64,000 bases of DNA from Endomicrobiaceae bacterium (lineage in GTDB: Bacteria > Elusimicrobiota > Endomicrobiia > Endomicrobiales > Endomicrobiaceae): assembly GCA_031553505.1 (NCBI GenBank), contig JAVBLP010000004.1:89577-153576 (forward strand), in the 5' to 3' direction. Position 1 is the stretch's first letter. Each line of letters starts with the position of its first letter. Below are positions 19,439 through 32,302 of this stretch, one piece after another. Under the pieces are notes generated by a model. That model saw nothing but the letters and a program-made list of their open reading frames with translations, was not told where the DNA came from and made no database searches. A program made the translations under genes and the position numbers.

Positions 19439-21967
19439 TTATTCTTTATCGTCTTCCGGTTTGGCTTTCTCAACGGCGTCTTGAGCTTCGCCGCCTTCCT
19501 CGTCTTTAACCACCGAGGCCAACGCCGCGACTTTGTCGCCGTCACCGAGTTTTACTAAACGCACGCCCTGGGTGTTTCTGCCTATTACGGAGATGCTGTC
19601 CACTCTCAAGCGTATCGTTATGCCGTCCTGCGTCATTATCATTACTTCTTCGCCTTTATTTGCTTTTTTAATGCCTATCACTTTCCCGTTTCTTTCGGTA
19701 GCCTGCATATTTATAACGCCGTGGCCGCCGCGCTTCTGCAGCCTGTATTTGTCTATTTCGGTGCGTTTGCCGTAGCCGTTTTCAGAAACCGATAGGAACA
19801 CGTCGTCTTTGCATAATACTTCCATGCCGATGACTTCATCGTCTTTTTCAAGGTCTATGCCTCTTACGCCCATTCCGGCTCTGCCGATCGCGCGGACGTC
19901 GCTTTCTTTAAACCTTATGCCGATGCCGTTTTTCGTGGCTATTATAACTTCCGGGTTGCCGCAGATTGCCTTAACTTCGGTCAATATGTCGCCGTCTTCA
20001 AGCTTGATCGCAATTATACCGCCTTTTCTGGGGTTGGAAAACTCCGTAAGCGCGATTTTTTTGATTGTGCCGTTTCTTGTGCACATTAACAAATATTCGT
20101 CTTTAATTTCTTTCTCGTTTATAGATCTGAAAGCTATCGCCGCGGTAATTTTTTCTTCAGGAGCAAGCTGTAAAAGGTTTACGATTGCTTTTCCTTTAGA
20201 AGTGCGCACGCCTTCCGGTATTTCGTAAGCCCTCATCCAGTACAATCTTCCCCTCGTTGTGAAGAAGAACATATAAGAATGCGAGCTTGTTATGAAGAGT
20301 TTTTCGACAAAATCTTCTTCTTTCGTGTTCATCGCGGTTATGCCGCGGCCGCCCCTGTGCTGCGCTTTGTACGTATCGAGCGGTATGCGTTTGATGTAGC
20401 CGGCGTGAGACATTGTAATCGCGACTTCTTCTTCCTGGATAAGGTCTTCAATGTTAAAGTCCGCTTCCGCTGCCTGAATCTGCGATTTTCTTTTATCGCC
20501 GTAATCCTTTTTAAGCCCGATCGTTTCTTCTTTAATGATAGCCAGAATCTTTTTAGGGTCGGCAAGGATGGAACGGAGTTTTTCGATAAGTTTTATGAGT
20601 TCAAGGTATTCGTTTTCAATAGCTTCCCTTTCAAGCCCGGTCAGCTGGTGGAGCCTCATTTCCAAAATGGCGTCAGCCTGAATTTTTGAAAGTTTGAACT
20701 TCGTCATCAATTGTTCGCGCGCTTCTTCTTTATCTTTAGCGGCCCTGATGATTTTTACGACAGCGTCAATATTTTCTACCGCTATCTTTAAACCTTCTAA
20801 AATGTGCGCTCTTGCTTCCGCTTTTTGTAATTCAAATTTGGTACGCCTTGTTACAACAGTTTTTCTGTGCTCTATATGATGACCGAGAATTTCTTTTATG
20901 TTCATCACTTTCGGGCGGTTGTTTACAAGCGCAAGCATTATAACGCCGAAAGACGACTGCATCTGCGTGAGTTTAAAAAGCTGGTTTAACACAACCTGCG
21001 CGTTGCCGTCCCTTTTGATTTCAATAACTATTCGTATGCCGTCACGGTCCGACTCGTCGCGCAAATCTGAAATGCCGTCGATTTTTTTATCTTTTACGAG
21101 CTCGGCAATCGAAATTATAAGGTTTGCCTTGTTTACCTGGTAAGGAATTTCATTAACGATGATGGCTTCCCTGCCGTTTTTGTACTCTTCTATTTCGGCC
21201 TTCGCCCTCATTTTTATGGAGCCTCTGCCTTTTTCTAAATAATCCTTAATGCCGCCCCTGCCCAAAATTATGGCGCCGGTAGGAAAATCCGGCCCTTTAA
21301 TATGTTTCATAATTTCGGATATCGGCAGTTCCGGGTCGTCTATCAAAGCGACAGTCGCGTCGCAGACTTCGCCCAAATTATGCGTCGGGACATTTGTCGC
21401 CATACCTACGGCTATACCCTGCGAGCCGTTTATCAAAAGGCTGGGAAGTTTTGAAGGAAGAACTACCGGTTCTTTTAATGAACCGTCATAGTTAGGCATA
21501 AAATCAACAGTATTTTTATCGAGGTCGGCAAGCATTTCGTCGGTGATAGATTCCATGCGGGCTTCGGTATAACGCATCGCCGCGGCGCCGTCGCCGTCTA
21601 TACTGCCGAAATTTCCCTGTCCGTCAACCATCGGGTAACGCAATGACCAGTCCTGCGCCATACGTACCATCGATTCGTAAATAGCGGAGTCGCCGTGCGG
21701 ATGATACTTACCCATAACGTCACCCACGACCCTCGCGGATTTTTTATATGCGGTGCCGTGCTTCATGCCCATTTCTTTCATGGTATAAAGTATGCGCCTG
21801 TGAATCGGTTTTAAACCGTCGCGTACGTCCGGCAAAGCTCTTCCCACGATAACGCTCATCGCGTAATCGATGTAAGACGTTTTCATTTCATCTTCAATGT
21901 TTCTGGGAAGTATATTAGCTTCGGCTACTTCCGTTTCTTCCTGTTTCTTTTTATCTTTTTCTGCCAT
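19439..21967 (-). CDS. gyrA: DNA gyrase subunit A
   Basis: QRDR-type motif [20 protein letters not shown], active-site AAMRYTE, C-terminal beta-pinwheel repeats. Confidence 0.97.
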   Translation of the reverse strand: MAEKDKKKQEETEVAEANILPRNIEDEMKTSYIDYAMSVIVGRALPDVRDGLKPIHRRILYTMKEMGMKHGTAYKKSARVVGDVMGKYHPHGDSAIYESMVRMAQDWSLRYPMVDGQGNFGSIDGDGAAAMRYTEARMESITDEMLADLDKNTVDFMPNYDGSLKEPVVLPSKLPSLLINGSQGIAVGMATNVPTHNLGEVCDATVALIDDPELPISEIMKHIKGPDFPTGAIILGRGGIKDYLEKGRGSIKMRAKAEIEEYKNGREAIIVNEIPYQVNKANLIISIAELVKDKKIDGISDLRDESDRDGIRIVIEIKRDGNAQVVLNQLFKLTQMQSSFGVIMLALVNNRPKVMNIKEILGHHIEHRKTVVTRRTKFELQKAEARAHILEGLKIAVENIDAVVKIIRAAKDKEEAREQLMTKFKLSKIQADAILEMRLHQLTGLEREAIENEYLELIKLIEKLRSILADPKKILAIIKEETIGLKKDYGDKRKSQIQAAEADFNIEDLIQEEEVAITMSHAGYIKRIPLDTYKAQHRGGRGITAMNTKEEDFVEKLFITSSHSYMFFFTTRGRLYWMRAYEIPEGVRTSKGKAIVNLLQLAPEEKITAAIAFRSINEKEIKDEYLLMCTRNGTIKKIALTEFSNPRKGGIIAIKLEDGDILTEVKAICGNPEVIIATKNGIGIRFKESDVRAIGRAGMGVRGIDLEKDDEVIGMEVLCKDDVFLSVSENGYGKRTEIDKYRLQKRGGHGVINMQATERNGKVIGIKKANKGEEVMIMTQDGITIRLRVDSISVIGRNTQGVRLVKLGDGDKVAALASVVKDEEGGEAQDAVEKAKPEDDKE

Positions 21968-21991
21968 TTCGGTATCCTTTATTTAAAGAAA

Positions 21992-24882
<2,891 letters not shown>

Positions 24883-24964
24883 AGATTCTGCGTCTTTGGA
24901 AACAAAGTTTCCTCCGCGCAAAATGACAAACTTGTGTTACCGCAGCACTCTTATTAAACGCCTT

Positions 24965-26089
24965 TTACACTCTCATCGGCATGACTACGCAGAGGTAGTT
25001 TTTATCTTTTTCCGGCGCGAGAGTCGCGGGGTTTAGAGCGTTCGTAAATTCAAAATTAGTAAAATCTTCGTCCATATTCTGGAGCACTTCTTTTATAAAA
25101 TTAGGGTTAAAATTAATTTCTACCGGCTCGCCTTTATATTCTGTTTCGAGTTCTACTTCGCCGGAACCGAGGCCCGCGGTTGAAGCTGAAATTCTTAAAA
25201 GGTTGGGGCTGAAATAAAACTTAACCGCCGAAGACCTGTCCGAGGAAAGCCTGTCGCCCGTCAAAAGCGCCATCTGTTTTACTGCTGCTAAAGTGTCTTT
25301 AACGTTTAATTTTACCCTTGCTTCGGTTTTTTTAGGTATAACCTGCTCATAGTTGGGGAAAACGCCTTCAATTAAAGTTGAAAGGAATGTTATATCGCCT
25401 ATTTCCACGGCGCACTGATTATCCGCGATGCCTATTTTAACGTCTTCAACGTTTTCGGGGGCGGCGGATATAAGCCTCAATAAATCGGATACCGCTTTTG
25501 TCGGCACTATAGCTTTGCCTTTAACGTTCGCGTTTATTGAATCTGTAGTGACGTAGGCAAGCCTTCTGCCGTCAGTCGCGACCATTTTCAAACTGCCTTC
25601 TTCAACTATAAAATACACGCCGTTTAAAACGTATCTCTGGGAATCTTTAGAAACCGCGAATGCTGTTTTTTTAAGCATTGAAGCAAATACATCTTTTTTA
25701 ACGGTAAAATTGTTTTCTTTAGGAAAGTCCGGTATTACAGGATACTCGCTTTTGGCTATTCCCATCAGGGTAAATTTTGATTTTCCGGATTTTATATTGA
25801 TCTGGTTTGTATCGTCAGCTTTTATTTCTATTTCCGCGTCGGATGAAAGTTCTTTTATAATGTCTGCAAACCTTTTCGCTGGTATCGTTATGCCGCCTTC
25901 TTCCACTATTTCGCTTTTAATGTGGCATTTTACGGCTATTTCCAAATCGGTAGATGAAAGTTTTATTTTATCTCCCTCTGTTTCAAACAAAAAGTTGGAA
26001 AGCACAGGAAGAGTGCTTTTAGATGATGCTACGGGCGAGACCGTTTGAATGCCCCTCATAAGTTCTTCTTTTCCACAAATTACTTTCAT
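24965..26089 (-). CDS. dnaN: DNA polymerase III beta sliding clamp
   Basis: 374 aa, three-domain clamp pattern (LPVLSNFLFE..., ATDGRRLA, MPMRV C-terminus). Directly downstream of dnaA. Confidence 0.95.
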   Translation of the reverse strand: MKVICGKEELMRGIQTVSPVASSKSTLPVLSNFLFETEGDKIKLSSTDLEIAVKCHIKSEIVEEGGITIPAKRFADIIKELSSDAEIEIKADDTNQINIKSGKSKFTLMGIAKSEYPVIPDFPKENNFTVKKDVFASMLKKTAFAVSKDSQRYVLNGVYFIVEEGSLKMVATDGRRLAYVTTDSINANVKGKAIVPTKAVSDLLRLISAAPENVEDVKIGIADNQCAVEIGDITFLSTLIEGVFPNYEQVIPKKTEARVKLNVKDTLAAVKQMALLTGDRLSSDRSSAVKFYFSPNLLRISASTAGLGSGEVELETEYKGEPVEINFNPNFIKEVLQNMDEDFTNFEFTNALNPATLAPEKDKNYLCVVMPMRV

Positions 26090-26462
26090 CCGTTTCCTCC
26101 CATTTTTTAAGAAAAAGGCTATTTGTTGTTGTAGTGTGCTGTATAATGTTGATAAGTTTCTGCGCCAGGCAAAAAGTTTTTAATTATCAATGTAAATTTT
26201 AAAAAAGCTTATTCTAATAATTACGTTTATAAAGTAATGAAGTTACTAACAGTATTAGACAGTTTCGATATTATACAAATTTCATCGTAGTTATGCACAT
26301 TGAAACGACAAGCAATAACTAATAAGTAACAGTGAAAACCGCAAATGCTTTTACTGCAGATTCTAACCCGGCAGAAACACTCGAGTTCAGGCTGCTATTA
26401 AGTAACTCTTTAATAACTTTAGGGAATGACAAACTATTTGTAAATAATTGTAACTTGCCGTT

Positions 26463-27824
26463 TTAATTGTCTTCCGTGCTTCTTATTTTTTTTGAAATCT
26501 GGTTAATTTTCGCGTTAAAATAAGGATCAGTGTTCATTTTTTCCTTAATTTTGTTGCAGGCGTGCATTACGGTCGTGTGGTCCCTTCCGCCAAAAGCGTC
26601 GCCGATATCGTTTGTTGAAAATTCGTCGGTCATGGTTCTCGCAAGATACATAGCAATCTGCCTGGGGAAAGCTACCGCGTCAGTACGGCGCTTAGATTTC
26701 ATATCCCTAAGCTCTATATTAAACTCCTGGGCAACTATTTTTTGTATGTGGTCTATTGTTATATGCGCCGTATCATCCGGCGGTTTAACCACGTCTTTAA
26801 GGATTTTCTGCACAGAATCAACCGTCAGCGGCGTACCCGTAAACGCTGAAAAAGCAGTTATTCTTAAAAGCGAGCCTTCCAGCTCCCTTATGTTGGATTT
26901 TATCTGCGTTGCTATATAAAGGATAATGTCATCCGGCACGTATAATTTTTCATCTTCGGCCTTTTTTCTTAAAATCGCGATCCTTGTTTCCAAATCGGGC
27001 GCCTGTATGTCTGCTATAATGCCCCACTCAAAACGCGAAATAAGCCTTTCTTCGACCCTTTCCAGCTCTTTCGGAGGGCGGTCTGAAGAAATGACCACCT
27101 GTTTGCGGGAATCGTAAAGAGAATTGAATATGTAGAAAAATTCTTCCTACGAACTTTCTTTGCCGACTAAAAACTGTATGTCGTCTATAAGAAGGCAGTC
27201 GAGGCTTCTGTATTTATTTTTAAACGATGTCATTTTGTCAAAACGCAGCGATTCTATAAATTCGGTGGTAAACTTCTCCGCGGTAACGTAAAGCACCCTT
27301 ACTGCAGAATCTGACTGTTTTATATAGTTTCCTATAGCATGGAGCAAATGCGTTTTGCCAAGGCCCACGCCTCCGTAAATAAAAAGCGGGTTAAACTGTT
27401 TGCCGGGGTTTTTGGCTACCGCTTCCGAACAGCCGTGCGCGAACCTGTTTGACGCGCCGACAACGAAGCGTTCAAATATATATTTGGGGTTTATCTGGTC
27501 TTTTTGCTGTATAGGCGCGGAAACGTCAGCGGGCGCGGGGGTATTTTCTACTTTGGCGATTATGGGCGTTAAATCCTGCTGGGGTTTTAATTCAAGAAGA
27601 ACGCTCTGGCCGCAGTTTTCCGATAAAATCTTTTCGATATTTTTTTGCTGGTGGCTTTCTATCCATTGCGAAAAATAGACATTCGGCACAGCAACCGTAA
27701 AAATATTGTTTTCCAAAGTGAGCGGTTTAAGCGGCGCAATCCATAAATTATAGCTTTCCTGCGTAAGTGAAACATTAAGGTTGTCCACAACCTTTTGCCA
27801 TAGCTCTGCAATTGAAACGTTCAT
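26463..27824 (-). pseudogene. dnaA: replication initiator DnaA interrupted by one in-frame TAG at 27147..27149
   Basis: Fragments 27147..27845 (Walker A GGVGLGKTHL, Walker B LLIDDIQF) and 26463..27098 ([16 protein letters not shown], DnaA signature GGRDHTTVMHA) share one frame. Likely start is ATG 27824 (GGGGA RBS). Confidence 0.9.
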
Positions 27825-27837
27825 ATAATCCCCAAAG

Positions 27838-27857
27838 TTATCCACAGCTGTGGATAA
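27838..27857. promoter_or_regulatory. palindromic pair of perfect DnaA boxes (TTATCCACAgcTGTGGATAA) 14 nt upstream of the dnaA ATG
   Basis: Exact match to the TTATCCACA consensus on both strands, at 27838..27846 and 27849..27857. Confidence 0.75.
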
Positions 27858-27909
27858 AGATATAAACCGGTATAAAAATTGTTATAAAACGGTCTTTTTA
27901 AAAATCAAA

Positions 27910-28755
27910 TTATGATTGTAAAATTATACATTTTTTAATTTCGGCAGTCAAGCGTAAAAAAGCGTCAATTGAAAGTTTATCCGGCCGCAAAAGCGGGTCC
28001 AAACCGCAAGTTATTAAGATTTTGTTTGCGGCTGTTTTATCCAGATTTTTAAAAGAGGCTACACAATTTAAAATAGTCTTTCTGCGCATGCTGAAACTAT
28101 GCTTTACAAATGCAAAAAAGAGCGGATCCGGCACACCGGGCCTTTTGTTTGTAAGCTTAATAACGGATGACATAACTTTTGGCGGGGGGTTAAAACATTT
28201 CGGGGAAACGTCAAACAGGATTTGGCAGTCCGCGTAATATTGGGTAAATATGGATATGTAGCCGTAATCTTTGCCGCCTTCTTTTGCGGCAAGGCGCTGT
28301 ACAACTTCTTTCTGCAGCATAAAAACGCACTGCGTCCAGTTATTCAAAGGCAGAAGCTTTTGGATAAGTGCCGTACCTACATTGTAAGGCAGGTTTGAAA
28401 CGGCTTTGAAAGGCAGGGTGAAGAGCGGAGCGCCGGAAATGGGAAGCGGGGAACAAATGTTGCCATTCTGCGGCGCTATGGCGCCAGCACACGGCAGTTT
28501 CAAGAAGTCTTCATTTATAAGCGTTATGTTCTGCGTATTGTGGAATGTAAAGTAGTGGTTTAGCTGGCGGTATAAATCCGCATCTATTTCAACAGCGGTA
28601 ATATGTTTTGCCAAAGGCTGCATGGCTTTGGTGAGAATGCCCTTGCCCGGGCCGATTTCCAGCACTTCATCCCGCGGGGTAATCTCCGCCGCTTTAATTA
28701 TATTGTTTACTATATTTTTGTCGATTAAGAAGTTTTGCCCGTGTTTTTGCCTCAT
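27910..28755 (-). CDS. rsmA: 16S rRNA (adenine1518/1519-N6)-dimethyltransferase
   Basis: GQNFLIDKNIV and LEIGPGKGILT SAM motifs, SNLPYNV. Confidence 0.9.
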   Translation of the reverse strand: MRQKHGQNFLIDKNIVNNIIKAAEITPRDEVLEIGPGKGILTKAMQPLAKHITAVEIDADLYRQLNHYFTFHNTQNITLINEDFLKLPCAGAIAPQNGNICSPLPISGAPLFTLPFKAVSNLPYNVGTALIQKLLPLNNWTQCVFMLQKEVVQRLAAKEGGKDYGYISIFTQYYADCQILFDVSPKCFNPPPKVMSSVIKLTNKRPGVPDPLFFAFVKHSFSMRRKTILNCVASFKNLDKTAANKILITCGLDPLLRPDKLSIDAFLRLTAEIKKCIILQS

Positions 28756-28811
28756 ATAAATCCTTGTGTTTTTTACTAAACGATATAAAAATCTTTCGCC
28801 ATTTAGAGAGA

Positions 28812-28975
28812 GTTACCTTAAGGGGCATTGCCCCTAACTCCCCAGTACTTTTGCCAAGTGATGCAAAAGTACCAAAAAATCTGCCGCTGCGCGCATTCGT
28901 TCATAAGACGTGTTCTAATGCGGCACAACACAATGACAATTATAGTCATTACTACTTATTAATTGTTTTTTACTT
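28812..28975 (+). repeat. variant copy of the modular intergenic repeat
   Basis: H1 aggggc-att-gcccct (28821..28835), H2 variant gtacttttgc/gcaaaagtac (28845..28872), CCAAAAAAtCTGCCGC, GCATTCGTT, H3 aatgac-aattata-gtcatt (28932..28950), and the tail ACTACTTATTAATTG. Confidence 0.55.
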
Positions 28976-30346
28976 TCCAATGCAAAACTGTTTGAAAATT
29001 GTATCTAAAATATCCTGCGGGGTATTAATGCCTAAAATTTCGTCAGCCGCGGATAAAGCGTTTTTCAGTTCAAGCGCCGCAATTTCATCTTCTTTATTGT
29101 TTGCCACTATCTCTTTTGCTTTCATAAGCGCCTCGCGGGCGTTTTTTAAAAGCGCAAAATGCCTTGAATTTACAAGCAAATAATCGTTTTGAACATCAGA
29201 TATCCCGGCAATTTCCGCGATGGCTTCCAAAAGTTTTGCAATGCCGTCATTAGATTTTGCCGATATGTTTATAATAGTATTAAATTTTGCCAGGTTTTTT
29301 ATATCATTTTGATTGATTTTTGAAGGCAAATCGCTTTTATTTGCTACACCTATAATAGGTGCGTTGACACAGCCGCTGCTTAAATACTGCGCAATTTCTA
29401 AATCGTTTTTATCAAGCTCCGCTGAAGCGTCAAAAATCCAAATTAAAATATCGGCCTTGTTTGCCGCCTCTTTGCTTCTTTCCTGTCCCAAAAGTTCTAT
29501 TGAGTTTTCGGTATGCAGCCTGATACCCGCGGTATCTATTATTGTCAGAGGAATGCCGCGGCAGTCTATAATTTCTTCAATGGTGTCGGTTGTAGTGCCG
29601 GCAATTTCGGTAACAATGGCGCGGTCTTTGCCGAGTACCGCGTTTAGAAGAGAAGATTTGCCGGAGTTCGGCTTGCCGATTATCGCGGCTTTCATCCCTT
29701 TTTGCAGATTCTCGCTGACTTTGTATGTGTCCAAAAGTTTTTGGTTTGTGAGTATTAAAGAGTTTAACATCTCTTCTTTTTGCTTTGGCGTCATAAAAGG
29801 TATTTCGTCTTCAGGATAATCGAGAGACGCTTCAACGTGCGCGAGAAAACGCGTAAGCTTATGTTTAATATCCCGCACTTCTTTGGAAAATTTTCCGCTG
29901 ACATTGTTTAAAGCCGCTTTCGCTGCGGTTTCCGTTTTGCTTGTGATAAGCGCGCAGACGCTTTCCGCTTCGGCTAAATCCATCTTGCCGTTTACGAATG
30001 CGCGGTAAGTAAATTCGCCGGGTTCCGCGGCGCGCGCGCCGTTTTTATAGAGCAAATCCAGCACTTCTTTTATAATTACAGGGTTGCCGTGCGTTGATAT
30101 TTCAACAAGGTTTTCGCCGGTATAAGTGTTTGGCGCGGTAAAAAAGGCGCAAATCGCTTCATCTGTCTTTTTGCCATTATTTTCTATAAAACCGAGGCGT
30201 ATTTGCTTGCCTTCGCCCGCGGCTGTTTTGAAGATTTTATTTATGATTTGGAAACTTTGTTTCCCGCTTAAGCGTATAACCGCTATTGCGGATTTTCCGG
30301 CGGCTGTAGAAAGCGCGGCAATGGTGTCTTCGTTGAGGTAATTCAT
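28970..30346 (-). CDS. mnmE: tRNA modification GTPase
   Basis: G1 GKPNSGKSSLLN, DTAGIR. C-terminal FCIGK motif. Confidence 0.95.
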   Translation of the reverse strand: MNYLNEDTIAALSTAAGKSAIAVIRLSGKQSFQIINKIFKTAAGEGKQIRLGFIENNGKKTDEAICAFFTAPNTYTGENLVEISTHGNPVIIKEVLDLLYKNGARAAEPGEFTYRAFVNGKMDLAEAESVCALITSKTETAAKAALNNVSGKFSKEVRDIKHKLTRFLAHVEASLDYPEDEIPFMTPKQKEEMLNSLILTNQKLLDTYKVSENLQKGMKAAIIGKPNSGKSSLLNAVLGKDRAIVTEIAGTTTDTIEEIIDCRGIPLTIIDTAGIRLHTENSIELLGQERSKEAANKADILIWIFDASAELDKNDLEIAQYLSSGCVNAPIIGVANKSDLPSKINQNDIKNLAKFNTIINISAKSNDGIAKLLEAIAEIAGISDVQNDYLLVNSRHFALLKNAREALMKAKEIVANNKEDEIAALELKNALSAADEILGINTPQDILDTIFKQFCIGK

Positions 30347-30385
30347 AATGTTTAATAATAGCTTGTTTGACGGTAAAAATCAAAT

Positions 30386-30730
30386 TAAGGGTATTGCATA
30401 CCCTTATGCTCAAGTTTCGCCTAAAGGCGAGTTACTTTTTGCACGAGCCCAAAAAGTAACCAAAAAGCCCCGCCGCCGGTTTTGCATTTCATTCAAAAAT
30501 ATTTGTCAGTTTGCGAACTTGCGAAACACTAATAAAAGCTTTTAAAGGAGTTTCGCTTCAAACAAGCGCAACTGTGCCAGGCAAACACAAATATTTTTGA
30601 ACTCATAAGCCGCAAAAAGAGCGGCAAAACGGCAATAACAATTAATAGGGTAAATTAAAATACGGTTATTCCGCGGCGCAGTTTTTTGCGCTCGCAGAAG
30701 CCGTATTATTTGTTAATTGTTTTTGCCGCG
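30386..30730 (+). repeat. full-length copy of the modular intergenic repeat
   Basis: H1 aagggtat-tgc-ataccctt (30387..30405). H2 (30431..30460) is identical to the copies at 941..970 (reverse complement, all 30 nt) and 39985..40014 (29 of 30 nt). Also has the linker CCAAAAAGCCCCGCCGC, the AACTCATAA...AACGGCAAtAACAA block, and the tail TTATTTGTTAATT. Confidence 0.6.
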
Positions 30731-30742
30731 TGCCTATTCCTC

Positions 30743-31300
30743 TTAATTGCCAACCGCTTTTCCCATTTCTTCCGCTTCTTTGAGAAAATCCGTTTTGGCG
30801 ATTTCGCCTTTTTTGTTTATGTTTACCGCGTAAATTGAATTAACGCTTTCCCACTTCATAAGCGTGCAAATGCTTTTGCAGCTTTGCTTTAAGCCTATCA
30901 ATGCCGATTCGTCAAAATCAGCCGCGGAAACGAGCTTGTAAGTCTGTTTTATTTTCAGCGGCCTTGCGGTTTTTGGTGAAACGTAAGCGTACAGCCTGTC
31001 GATAAAAGCTTTTATCTGCGCCGGAAAAGAGTACCAGTATAAGGGGAAAGCGACAACTAAAATATCGGCTTTTTCGAGCAGCGGTTCAAGCTGGCGGAAA
31101 TCGTCTTCTATTACGCAGGCATTGCCTTTGCTCCAGCATTGGTCGCAAGCGGTACAGCCGCCTATTTTTTTTAAAGCGGCTTCAAACTTTGACACAACGT
31201 GTCCCTGCGACTGCGCGCCTTTTATAAAGGCGTCCGCAAGCATTTCGCTGTTGCCGTTTTTGCGCGGGCTGCCCGTTACAACCAAAATATTTTTGCCCAT
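30743..31300 (-). CDS. NAD(P)H-dependent FMN reductase / iron-sulfur flavoprotein-like
   Basis: ILVVTGSPRKNGNS flavodoxin-like motif. Cys cluster GGCTACDQCW. 14 nt downstream of the RDD paralogue. Confidence 0.7.
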   Translation of the reverse strand: MGKNILVVTGSPRKNGNSEMLADAFIKGAQSQGHVVSKFEAALKKIGGCTACDQCWSKGNACVIEDDFRQLEPLLEKADILVVAFPLYWYSFPAQIKAFIDRLYAYVSPKTARPLKIKQTYKLVSAADFDESALIGLKQSCKSICTLMKWESVNSIYAVNINKKGEIAKTDFLKEAEEMGKAVGN

Positions 31301-31314
31301 ATTTCCCTCCGTTG

Positions 31315-32301
31315 CTATTTAATTACAATAGAGCTGATAATTTTATCATTAGTGTACGAGTTGCTTGCTATGAGGGCAATAACATATCTTTCTCCGTTTT
31401 TATCTAAAACTATAATACGCCCGTCAAATATAAAATCAGGATCGTCACTTTCAATTATTGTTTCCGTGCCTTTTATGCCTGAAATTGCGATATCTTTTGT
31501 TGTTTTTTTGATAGGCAAGCCTTTGTTTGCGGCATGTTTTTCAACCCACGTCGTTACTGATTTTGTCAGGGAGTCGTCTATGTCTGTGAGATAAATAACA
31601 GTTTCAGATCCATTAGATTTGCCCCAATATCTGTTTTCTTCCAGTTCAAAGCCATACGGCGATTCTATTGTTAAGCTGATGTCTTCAAAAGTGTGTTTTT
31701 GCCATGGAAGCAAACTGTGCTTATCTTCTTCCGAAGTGTTTGCTATGCGTTCCATTATAGTTCTCGGGTATAAAAAAAGCATTGAAAGAGTACCAATGAA
31801 AAAAAACGCCGCAATAATAAAGATAATACCTATAATTAAACCTCTTTTTTTAGCGGTTTCGGGATTTTTTTCTAAAACAACGCTGCCGGCGGCTAAATCG
31901 TGAAGGTTTTGCTTTTTCCCGGTAAAAGCGCATATTACAAATAGGAACATTAAGGAGTTTGACTGTATCATTTTAACAATGCCGCGGATGAAGGCTTTGC
32001 CTTGCGTGAGCCTTTCTCCTTTTTCATCGGTAACTTTAATACCCGCGATAAGTTTGCCGATGGTTGCCTGATACTTTGAGCTTTCAAAGCCGGCATAATA
32101 AACAAGCTGTGCCAAATTAATGGCGATAAATAAAAATATGACAACAAGGCTGTACAAACCGCTTTCAAAATTTCTAACGCTTTCTATCCCTCCGAATGCA
32201 AAGAAAAGCACGGAAAGTATTAATGCCAGAGTAAAAAACAAAATGATAATAGCATCAATAATATAAGCAAAAAATCTTTTCCAAAACCCCGTGTAAGCCA
32301 T
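31315..32301 (-). CDS. RDD-domain membrane protein, paralogue 1 (shorter, divergent C-terminal domain)
   Basis: FWKRFFAYIIDAII..., ESSKYQATIGKLIAGIKV, NLHDLAAGSVV RDD pattern, followed by a TM and a soluble domain of about 150 aa. Confidence 0.7.
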   Translation of the reverse strand: MAYTGFWKRFFAYIIDAIIILFFTLALILSVLFFAFGGIESVRNFESGLYSLVVIFLFIAINLAQLVYYAGFESSKYQATIGKLIAGIKVTDEKGERLTQGKAFIRGIVKMIQSNSLMFLFVICAFTGKKQNLHDLAAGSVVLEKNPETAKKRGLIIGIIFIIAAFFFIGTLSMLFLYPRTIMERIANTSEEDKHSLLPWQKHTFEDISLTIESPYGFELEENRYWGKSNGSETVIYLTDIDDSLTKSVTTWVEKHAANKGLPIKKTTKDIAISGIKGTETIIESDDPDFIFDGRIIVLDKNGERYVIALIASNSYTNDKIISSIVIK

Positions 32302-32302
32302 T

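Noticed and set aside
26463-27845. Genome-wide reassignment of TAG (for example TAG = Gln) as the explanation for the amber codon in dnaA
   Set aside because: Only one in-frame TAG was seen among about 58 genes. TAG plausibly terminates two other genes (16288..16290 and 37655..37657). A recoded genome should show many in-frame TAGs. A local error, mutation or readthrough is more parsimonious, although both TAG-terminated genes have nearby backup stops.
30348-30545. 65-aa ORF inside the intergenic repeat as a possible element-encoded protein
   Set aside because: The reading frame is not conserved in the other copies. The reverse copy at 636..1000 and the copy at 39955..40045 have stops or frame differences. 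There is no RBS.
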